Assembly: GCA_038146785.1 (NCBI GenBank)
Contig: JAYQSI010000019.1
Span: 161,370 to 225,369 of the forward strand
Origin: Gammaproteobacteria bacterium
GTDB lineage: Bacteria > Pseudomonadota > Gammaproteobacteria > Chromatiales > Chromatiaceae
Reading direction: 5' to 3'
DNA length: 64,000 bases
Shown here: one piece after another, positions 55,006 to 63,769 of the stretch
How positions within the stretch are numbered: the stretch's first letter is position 1
How the letters are laid out: the number at the start of each line of letters is the position of its first letter
Notes under the pieces: model-generated
The model's input: only the letters and a program-made list of their open reading frames with translations
Told to the model about the DNA's origin: nothing
Databases searched by the model: none
Program-made: the position numbers and the translations under genes

Positions 55006-56416
55006 TCAAAAAACTGTGAGGACTTGATTCTTTGAGAACGGATTACAAAAGTTTTTGCGATTTAAATTGTATTTTTGCATCTTATTGCGGAGAGTTTGAC
55101 GGGGGATTTGAAGAGACTCTAGAACCATTGAAATATTGCCGTTATTTCGTCTTAATTCTTTTTCGATAAGTTGTTTTTCAAATTCGGTTATCCTATCTGC
55201 AAGGGGAGGCAGTTTATCTTTTTCTATTTGAATGTTGCTATGGGAGTTTTCAAATCCTGAGTTAATTTCCATAGGAGGCATGTCTAATCCAAGCATATGT
55301 TTTTCTGCTTCATTTTTTAATTCTCGTATATTTCCCTCCCAGTCTCTTTCTAAAAGCTTGTCGAATAACCTTTTGGATAATTGGGGAATGGATTGATTGT
55401 ATCTTTGCAGACCTCTGCCACAAAATGCTGAAATAAAATAGGAATATCTTCCTTTCGATCGCGCAACGGTTGAATTTTTATTTCAACCATATTTAAGCGG
55501 TAATATAAATCCTCTCGGAATTGACCAGTTTTTGAAGCTTCTTTTAAATCTATTTTGGTAGCCGCTATAACTCGTATATCTAGCGAAATCAATTTATTGG
55601 AACCCATTCTTTCCACAGTTCGTTCTTGAAGAACGCGGAGTAATTTGACTTGAAGGTTTAAAGGCATACTTTCAATTTCGTCTAGAAAAACAGTTCCCTG
55701 ATTGGCGAATTCAAATTTACCAATTCGAGTTTTAATCGCTCCCGTAAATGCTCCAGATTCATGTCCAAATAGTTCGCTTTCAATAATTGATTCTGGGATA
55801 GCGCCGCAATTAATAGCTACAAAGTTGCGCTCTTTTCTTTTACTATTTTGATGTAAGCATTTTGCAATTAGATCTTTTCCTGTTCCTGTTTCCCCTAAAA
55901 GCAAAATATCCGCATGAGATTGGGCTACATTTTGGACAACATGCCGAAGTCTTTTAATTGATTCTGATTTCCCAATAATTTGATTTTCTATATTATTTTG
56001 ATTGGAAACCTCAGCCCGAAGTTCTCTCAACTCCATGACGAAATTCCTTTTTCAAGGGCGCGTTTGACTACTTCTAAAAATGTTTCTATTTCAGTAGGTT
56101 TTTCTACGAAATCATAAGCTCCATCTTTCATCGCTTGGACGGCCATGGAAATATTTCCCTTTCCCGTAATTAATATGACAGGCAATTCAGGATCGATTTT
56201 TAGAGCTTGTTTCATTAAAGTAAATCTATCCATTTCAGGCATCATTACATCTGAAATTAGAATTCCAGGCCAATTATTATTTAATCTTGAAAGGACTATT
56301 TTTGCGGAGTCAAAAATTTCAACTTCATAACCTGAGCGTTCTAAATTTCTTTTGTAGCCTAACGCCACATTTTTCTCATCGTCTACGATGATTATTTTTC
56401 CGTTGATTTTGGGCAT
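55006..56416 (-). pseudogene. NtrC-family sigma-54-dependent response regulator (REC + AAA+ + Fis-type HTH), split into three frames
   Basis: 56027..56416: KIIIVDDEKNV...SDVMMPEMD. 55350..56036: LLGETGTGKDLIAKCLH...[15 protein letters not shown] (GAFTGA)...RVIAAT. 55006..55296: NGNISMVLESLQIPRQTLRNKMQKY. Confidence 0.85.
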
Positions 56417-57143
56417 ATTAAATTTTTAACTTTTGGTCGCTTTTCATTCAATATTTTTAGGATTATTACAAAACAGGTTTGATAAAATCAATATTAAGTT
56501 GTTTTGTTGAGACCAATGGCTTGATATTGAGAATAAACGCTGCCAAATAAATAATCTATCCAATTTTAAAGGCAATATTACGACTTTGTAATGATAAAAA
56601 TGGCCTTTGCTTTTTATAAGGATGAAAAATTTAAATAAAAGCGCAAACTTAGTTTACCTATCCAATTTATTAAGACTCAGGTTCCATGAGCGCTTTTTTA
56701 TGATAGATAGAACTGCCGGGTTTGATTTTGTTAAGCGGATGTTTGATAAATGAATCTTATATAACAAACCGAGAAATAAAGTTTAAGATGAAAAGTAAAT
56801 TTATTCTAGTAGATTGTGAGATTAAAATGGGGGAAATTTTAAATTGTTAGAAATGTTTAACAATTCTACTAAGGGGATTCATTGAGTGTTTTATTATAAA
56901 ATTAATTTAGAGAAATATTAATCTGGAAAAAGTTTCAAAATGTTGGCAACACAAGTAAAAAATTAATTTCTGAAACCCAGTTTTGACCTTTTTCGCTTTT
57001 ATAAAAAGTTTGAGCCAAATACTCTAAACCACGGGTCCTAAATGCCGTAATAAAGATAATCCATTTAATGTAATTTCTATTGAGAAAAAGTTTTAAATTA
57101 AAGTGATAAGTTAATTAAAAAAGATAGATTTTCGAACTCAGAT

Positions 57144-57190
57144 GCGACTTTGATAAAACCTTGATAGAAGTTTCTTCCCAAAACAGAAAT
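57144..57190 (+). repeat. Copy A of a ~47-nt direct repeat (partner at 60167-60213)
   Basis: GCGACTTTGATAAAACCTTGATAGAAGTTTCTTCCCAAAACAGAAAT versus GCCGACCTTGATAAAACCTTGATAGAAATTTCCTCCCATAGCAGAATT. About 40 of 47 positions are identical by eye. Confidence 0.6.
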
Positions 57191-57267
57191 TTTTGATAGT
57201 AACTGGTTGATGGAAAAGTATATTGAATTAACTTAGTTCAACGTCAGTAATTCTAGTATTAAGCAAA

Positions 57268-59790
57268 TTAATCTGTTGATTGCACATTCAATTGCTCTAA
57301 AACGCGCCTCATTCCAACCAAGTCGAAATTTTTCATTAAAACTGTTAAATGCTTTTTTAAATGTTTGCAATCCTCATTAATTTTGTCTAACTCATCAAAA
57401 CTAGCTTCAAGCATTGTTATATTGCCCAAATCCATTGCCTCAAATAGTTTTTATGGGGGTTTCGGAATATAGATGTTTGATAATTCTATATCTAATTCAT
57501 TATTTTTTTTCTCATCTTGAATTTCTTCTTTCACATACTCAAATTCTATGTCAAGAAGACGAAGACGCTGAAGGTTTTCATAAATCTGTTCAATAAGAAA
57601 GGGTTTGGTAATAAAACCTTCACATTCTAGATTATCATAGCCTCCTCTTTGGCGATCCAATGCGGAAGCCGTGATGATGACGATCTTGAACCGATTCTTG
57701 CCAAATTCTTTTTGAATTGCATGAATGGTTTCTTCCCCATCCATAACCGGCATTCGCATATCCATAAAAATAATATCTGGAGTATGTTTACGAACTTTTT
57801 CCAAGCCATCTTTGCCGTCAACTGCTTGAATGACTTCTACCTTCAAATCGGTAAGGATCAGTGATAAGACGTCGCGATTTTCTTTAACGTCGTCAACAAC
57901 AAGAGCTTTAACCTGATATCCTTCTGCCAAGCAAAGGATATTTTGACTTTGTTTAGACTGTTCTGAGTTGTTTTTGGACGCTGGAGGTAATAATAAAGTA
58001 AAGTAAAAATTTGAACCTTTGTGCAGTTCAGATTTCAACTTTAATTCAGAATTCATGAGTTTCAATTGCTTATTAGAAATTGCTAGTCCCAGTCCAGTTC
58101 CTCCATGTTTGATGCCTGAATCTTCCTGATGGAAAGGTTCAAAAATAGCTTGCCGATCTTTTTCAGCAATACCTTTTCCGGTATCAATGACCTCGAATAG
58201 ATAATGATTATTTTCTAGAGCCTTCACATTAAACGATACTTCGCCAGAGTCTGTAAACTTGACGGCGTTTCCAATCAAATTGATCAATACCGCTTTTAAT
58301 TTGTCTGCATCTCCAAAGAGAAGACACTGTTCTTCCAAATTATTAACATTCCAATTTAATTCTTTTTGCTGGCAACGTAACTCAAACATTTGTGAAATTT
58401 CTTCAACGGTCTCTTTAAGATCAAAATTCGTTGGATTAAGCTCCAATTTACCAGCTTCAATTTTTGATATATCAAGAATATCATTGAGCATATTGAGAAG
58501 ACTTATACCGCTGGTATTGATTGTTTTTAGCGCTTGTTTTTGACCTTCATTTAAGTTTTTTCCCTTTAAAAGTATCTGAGCATATCCCAGAATCGCATTC
58601 ATTGGTGTACGAATTTCATGGCTCATATTCGCTAGAAAAAGGGATTTGGCTTGATTGGCGCTTTCAGCTAGCTCCTTTGCATTAACTAATTCCTTTGTGT
58701 GGTCTTCTATTATATTCTCTAAGTTTCTATTGAATTTTTAAGCGTCTCTTCAGACAACCTTATCTTTGCAGCTTCTTCGAATATTTCACGAAACCGATTT
58801 TCACTTAATTTCAAAGCCGATAGCGTTTGACTATATTGTTTAATCAATGCTGTTAATAACATCATGGAAATAAGGACGACAAATAGAAAAACCTGTAAGG
58901 ATAAAACGTTATTAGAAGAATTAAGAGTTGTGAAGGGACCTTGACCATTTATGGAATTCCAAATTGATATTATTGTAACCACAAGCGTTGCCGTAAAACT
59001 TCCCAGAGGACCAAACCGGATGGACATCAATAATAAAATCTGTAGTGGAAGGTAAACCAACGCAGGTATGTTTCCGGAAACGCCTATTTCACCTCCAAAG
59101 GCAAACAGGCTTACAGTAATCAAAAGGACTAGTGTAAGACTGAATTCAGCAAACCATTTTATGGAAAAGTTAATATCTCTTCTCTTTATTTCAGATATCC
59201 ATGCTAAGAGAAAAGGAAGAATAACGAGCAAGCCAAGAGAGTCGCCCAGAAACCATATACGCCAAGCAAGCCGATAGTCATAGGTTGACTTGTAGCTCCA
59301 AGGGAAGCCACAGATGCTGAAATCAGGGGTGATAAAAAAACCACAATAACTAAATAAAAATACTGTCCTTAATTTTCTCAAACTGAGGTTTTTTATTTAG
59401 CCTTAAATAACAAATGGAGGGAATCAGTATTTCAATACAATTTGATGCGAAAAAAATAATCGCTCTAACTACAGGAAACCCAGCTTCATTACTCGCAATA
59501 AAATAGGCTGGACAAATAGCATGAATATAAAATGGCCACCGCCGTTTTAGTGTCAAAAACAAAGCCGCAACGACTATTGAGTTAGGAGGCCAGAATACAG
59601 CAATTAACTCTGGTTTAAAGCTGAGCGCTATACCTATTTTGACGCTAAAATAATAAGCGAAACTGACTAACGCTGGGAAAAATAATAATTGAGCAGCAGT
59701 GTTCTGCTTTTGCGGAAGATTCTCTGACTCACTTTCCAATTTATCCCGATTAGGTTTGCTTTCAGTCATTATTATACTTAGCCATGCCAA
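57268..59790 (-). pseudogene. MASE1-type membrane sensor hybrid histidine kinase (MASE1-coiled coil-HisKA-HATPase-REC-C-terminal tail), 2 frameshifts + 1 in-frame TAA
   Basis: 59350..59790 and 58719..59381 form a polytopic membrane domain of MASE1 character. 57451..58626 has [45 protein letters not shown] and [11 protein letters not shown]...DMRMPVMDG. After the TAA at 57451-57453 the same frame continues KLFEAMDLGNITMLEASFDEL... to the stop at 57268. Confidence 0.75.
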
Positions 59791-60166
59791 AATAAAATTA
59801 ACCCCCCAGATTATCGGGAAATAATTAGTTGAAATTCATAGATTAACATCCATGGTATAATATGATTTTAAACCTATTTTGGTGAAATCCAAATTTAAAA
59901 AAGCTCTCAGACTCTAGTTTGAGTAGTTTGTGAAATAGCATTTAGCACGAATGTCCAAATTTCATTTTTGGTATTTTTATTTTCATCTGCATAATATTTA
60001 GAAAATATCATAGATGCATCGGGTTCTCTTATTTTGCTAATAAAGTGGCACTTGAGGCTAATAAAGGCTATTTCCAAAATTAGGATATTGGGAAAGTGAG
60101 GCAATGGTTGAAAAAAGAATTGCCTTGTAGATTAAATTCGAGATCATGCTGATGTATAGTCAGTAG

Positions 60167-60213
60167 GCCGACCTTGATAAAACCTTGATAGAAATTTCCT
60201 CCCATAGCAGAAT
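60167..60213 (+). repeat. Copy B of the ~47-nt direct repeat
   Basis: See copy A. Both copies contain CTTGATA twice, 11 nt apart. Confidence 0.6.
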
Positions 60214-60520
60214 TAATGGACTCAATGGAATTAATAGACAGCTTTTAAATAATTGAAAAGATTGTAGATTCGGGAAACCGCCCCAACATCAAGCAGTTAC
60301 AAAAATAGGCCGTTTCTGACTCTTAATCAGTAGGTTCATAATAAAGAAGAAGCACTTGGGGCAAATATAAGTCATTCACCTAAATCCAAAGATATTAAAT
60401 GTACGTTTTGACTATTGATATTGCAAAAGCTGATGAGCTCAGTCAAACCTTGAGCCAACCGATTAATAATCAGTTGGTCGTATTGCAAACTATTTCCGCA
60501 GAAATGTTTTTAAAATATAA

Positions 60521-60560
60521 AAAACTGCCTCCAAATTTTCTCAAAACTGGAGGCAGTTTT
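60521..60560 (+). terminator. Terminator-like hairpin (9-bp stem, 14-nt loop, flanking A-run and T-run)
   Basis: AAAA-CTGCCTCCA-...-TGGAGGCAG-TTTT. It lies inside the 60-aa ORF 60399..60581, which I therefore do not call. Confidence 0.4.
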
Positions 60561-60644
60561 ATCGTTGAGCAATGCCGGTAGGTGCACTTTTAGTCCACTT
60601 TTGTTAAACTTTTCTTAGTGGACTTATTTTAAAAGAAATAAAAA

Positions 60645-61082
60645 TTATTCTTTTTTATTGACTGGTACCGAATCGGCTTTCCCTTCATTATCTAAAGGCT
60701 TTTCAATTGATCCTTTAGTTCTTGTTTTGCTTTTCGAAGGGTCAAGAGGTTTTAATATATTAGGAATTTGCTTCATATATTGAATCTCCATTTGCATTAA
60801 TTCCTTAGGATCTAAATCTAAAGTTTCCTTTTTATCAAGTTCTTTTTGAATTGTATTAAGCCGTTCATTTATTAGATCTAATTGACCAGAAACGGATAAA
60901 CCATATTGTTCCAATTTTTGCTCTAGAATGGTTTCTTTCCACTCCGTAATCTCAGAACTAAATTCACGGTTCCATTTTATTAAGGTTTGTTTTGAAACCT
61001 TAATTTCTTTCGAAATTTTATCAAGACTGAGATTTTGAATTCTAAGTTCTAAGAATTTCATTTTTATTTCTTCTGAATACAT
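60645..61082 (-). CDS. Hypothetical HTH + coiled-coil protein (145 aa), possibly a mobile-element/phage remnant
   Basis: LSLDKISKEIKVSKQTLIKWNREF resembles resolvase/terminase-small/transposase-helper type HTHs, followed by a coiled-coil-like segment and a basic/acidic tail. Uninterrupted ORF. Confidence 0.55.
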   Translation of the reverse strand: MYSEEIKMKFLELRIQNLSLDKISKEIKVSKQTLIKWNREFSSEITEWKETILEQKLEQYGLSVSGQLDLINERLNTIQKELDKKETLDLDPKELMQMEIQYMKQIPNILKPLDPSKSKTRTKGSIEKPLDNEGKADSVPVNKKE

Positions 61083-61659
61083 TGATGTTTCTCCAAAAAT
61101 TTATTTAAGATGGTTTTTTCCGTTTAAAATTTCTAGTCTTCTTTTGAATAAAAATTTTTGAAGATAGGCATCCACGGACTAAGGTTATTTTGATTTTTAT
61201 ATTTAAATTAAAATTTCATTTTTTCTCCTTTGGTTGTTTGATGGGGAATTTCCTTTTTAATTTCCTCATAAAACTTCAAAATTTATGAAATTGCTTGGTT
61301 TTATTAAGATCTTTATTCTTATGGTGTTGAACGGGTATTTCACGGGTCGCCGATGTTATTTAGTAGGGAACTTTTTTGATGGACACAAAATATGGGGGTA
61401 TAAAAAATAGTGAGGCTATTCGAGATTTAGTTAAAATGGAAAATTAACGAAGTTTTAAACGTAAAATTGACATTTTTTGAATGGAGGGTGACAATAAGAA
61501 TTTATTATGTTTGATGGGATGAAGTTTCACTGTTGCTAGCTAATGGGAAATGTGATGGGTAGGGTGAGAGCAACTGGTTAAAAAATCAAAAATAGGGGAA
61601 TTGAATAAACTAAGTAGGAAAAATTAAACTTTTTTTAAATCTAGACTTTAAATAATGGT

Positions 61660-61679
61660 TTGCTAAGAATTTGCTAAGA
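61660..61679 (+). repeat. Tandem TTGCTAAGA x2 with 11-nt period
   Basis: TTGCTAAGAAT TTGCTAAGAT, ~90 nt left of the tRNA fragment. Confidence 0.5.
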
Positions 61680-61769
61680 TTACTTTAAGACTTATGCCGT
61701 TTTATGCAGTCTGAATCAATTTTTCGTTTTTTTAATATTTAATTATTTCAAGTAGTTAAAGAAAATATA

Positions 61770-61819
61770 CCTGCTTTGGGAGCAGGGGGTCCCAGGTTCA
61801 AATCCTGGTGCCCCGACCA
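61770..61819 (+). tRNA. tRNA-Pro(UGG) 3' fragment only (anticodon arm to CCA); acceptor 5' strand and D arm absent
   Basis: CCTGC-TTTGGGA-GCAGG (anticodon TGG at 61777-61779), variable GGGTC, T arm CCAGG-TTCAAAT-CCTGG, acceptor 3' strand TGCCCCG, discriminator A, CCA. The upstream sequence ...AGTAGTTAAAGAAAATATA cannot form CGGGGCA or a D arm. Confidence 0.7.
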
Positions 61820-61827
61820 TTAAATCA

Positions 61828-61862
61828 AGGACTTAGTCAATTTTTGGCTAGGTCCTTTTTTT
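61828..61862 (+). terminator. Rho-independent terminator downstream of the tRNA fragment
   Basis: AGGACTTAG...CTAGGTCCT (one mismatch) + T7. Confidence 0.6.
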
Positions 61863-61864
61863 AG

Positions 61865-61886
61865 ATGTAGTCAAAATGTAGTCAAA
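61865..61886 (+). repeat. Perfect tandem 11-mer ATGTAGTCAAA x2
   Basis: 61865-61875 and 61876-61886 are identical. A related AAATAGTC follows at ~61895. Confidence 0.6.
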
Positions 61887-62045
61887 TTATGCCAAATAGT
61901 CGGAGGTGTCGGAATTTAGAACCAGATAAAAAGTGATCCTCAGTTTAAAACATGTTAAAACTTGATAAGATAAGTAAAAGTAGCTTTATTAGAAAAGTGG
62001 GAAAATTTTTATAAAGTTTAAATGAAAATAATCTGATGAGTGAAC

Positions 62046-63188
62046 AAATTCCTATAACGCCAACTGTACTCAAATGGGCAAGAGAAAGAGCTGGTTATAC
62101 GGTTGATGACATTTCCAAGCAATATAAAAATTGAAGCTTTGGGAAAAAGGAGACTCATTTCAACATATAAGCAACTGAGGCGCTTTCTAATAAATATAAA
62201 TGCCCATTAGCTGTATTTTTTTCCCAGATCCCCCAAGCTTGAACCCATCAATAAATCGTTTAGAACTCTTCCAGATTTTGAATTTCGACAGATTCCCGCT
62301 CATTTAAAGAAAATTTTGCATAAAGCCAAGGCTATGCAAATTAATCTTGAAGAATTAAATGAAGGTGTTAATCCATCTAAAAACTAATTTTAAGTGATTT
62401 AGAAATTAAAGTTGGTACATCTTTTTCTAAAGTTGTATCTGAGGTTAGGTCTTATTTAGGCGTAACACGAAAACAACAGTTTTCATGGAATAACTTTGAT
62501 GTTGCATTTGAAGCTTGGCGAGGAAGTTTTAATTGATCACGGTATTTTTGTTTTTAAGGATTCCTTTAAGACCTCAGAGTTCTCGGGTTTTTGTCTTTTT
62601 GATAAAGAATTTCCTATTATTTATATTAACAATAGTAACTCTAAAACAAGACAGATTTTTACGTTGTTTCATGAACTAGGCCATTTGTTATTTGGAATAA
62701 GTGGAGTTGATAAGGAAAATAACGATTATATAAGGCGCCTAAAAGGAGACCAAAAGAAAATTGAGGTTTTTTGTAACAAATTCGCGGGTGACTTTTTAGT
62801 ACCTAAAAGTGAATTTACAAAATTAATTAATGAGGTTTCTTTGTTCGATGAGAAAAATATAAGAAAACTGTCTGACAAATTCAAAGTTAGTCGAGAAGTA
62901 ATTTTAAGAAAACTTTTAGATAGAAATAGAATTGATCAAGATTACTATAATAAAAAAATTGAAGAATGGAAGGGGGAAGCTCAACCACCTCAAAAAGGGG
63001 CGGGAGGCGATTATTACTTTACTCAAATAATTTACCTTGGAAAAACTTACACTCAATTAGCCCTAAGTAAATTTCATCAAAATAAAATAAATGCTGAAAA
63101 GCTCGCAGAATATTTGAACATTAAGCCCAAGAATATTAGTAAGTTTGAAGATAAATTTTTGGTGGACGAGCATGATTTATGTATTTGA
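62046..63188 (+). pseudogene. XRE-type HTH fused to ImmA/IrrE-family (M78, COG2856) zinc metallopeptidase; N-terminal third heavily frameshifted
   Basis: MSEQIPITPTVLKWARERAGYTVDDISKQ..., then in shifting frames ..KLWEKGDSF../TYKQL/EALSNKYKCPLAVFF/FPRSPKLEPINKSFRTLPDFEFRQIPAHLKKILHKAKAMQINLEEL... The clean ORF 62496..63188 has IYINNSNSKTRQIFTLFHELGHLLF (HEXXH). Confidence 0.8.
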
Positions 63189-63636
63189 TACTTCTCCTCT
63201 AATAATTTTATCCAGAAATTTTTATAGAAAGAGATTCCCAACGTTATGGGAAAAATTTGATTCCTTGATTGCAAATAATAAAATAATATCTACACGGGAA
63301 AGCTTTTGAAATCGAAGAGCAGGATGATGATTTATATAAATGGGCTAAGTTACATGAAGATATTTTTGAGATTCCAAATATTAAAGAAGCCGAGTTTATA
63401 AAACAAATTTATGCCATTCCTCATTTCCGCGATAATATCGAAAAGCAAAAATTCTAAAAGGGGGACTTAATGCTGATCCATTTGTAATAGCGAAAGCTTT
63501 TAACTATGGCGCTAGCGTTGTAACTTTAGAAAAAAAGAAACCCAATGCTGCTAAAATTCCTAATATCTGTGAGCATTTTAATATTATTTGTATGAACTTA
63601 GAAAAATTCATGGAAAAAGAAAATTGGAGTTTTTGA
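63172..63636 (+). pseudogene. DUF4411 (PIN-like) protein, 2 frameshifts; overlaps the upstream peptidase gene by 17 nt
   Basis: MIYVFDTSPLIILSRNFYRKRFPTLWEKFDSLIANNKIISTRE.. / EIEEQDDDLYKWAKLHEDIFEIPN...IYAIPHFRDNIEKQK / GGLNADPFVIAKAFNYGASVVTLEKKKPNAAKIPNICEHFNIICMNLEKFMEKENWSF*. Confidence 0.75.
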
Positions 63637-63769
63637 TTTTATCCATAAATTTGAATTACTCAAATACTTTTACTTTTGTTTAATAAATAAGTTTTTAAAT
63701 CTTGATAAAGAAGGCAAACTTATAAATCAAGCCGAACTCTTTACCGCCGTAAAGAATTTCTTTTTTTAA

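Noticed and set aside
56528-56548. Possible sigma-54 promoter on the minus strand (TGGCAG-CGTTT-ATTC) upstream of the NtrC-like gene
   Set aside because: The -24 element is acceptable, but the -12 element (ATTC versus TTGC) is poor. This is not enough to call.
60399-60581. 60-aa ORF
   Set aside because: It contains a 9-bp-stem terminator-like hairpin with a T-run in its 3' third, and has no RBS or recognisable domain. It is more likely an intergenic region between convergent transcription units.
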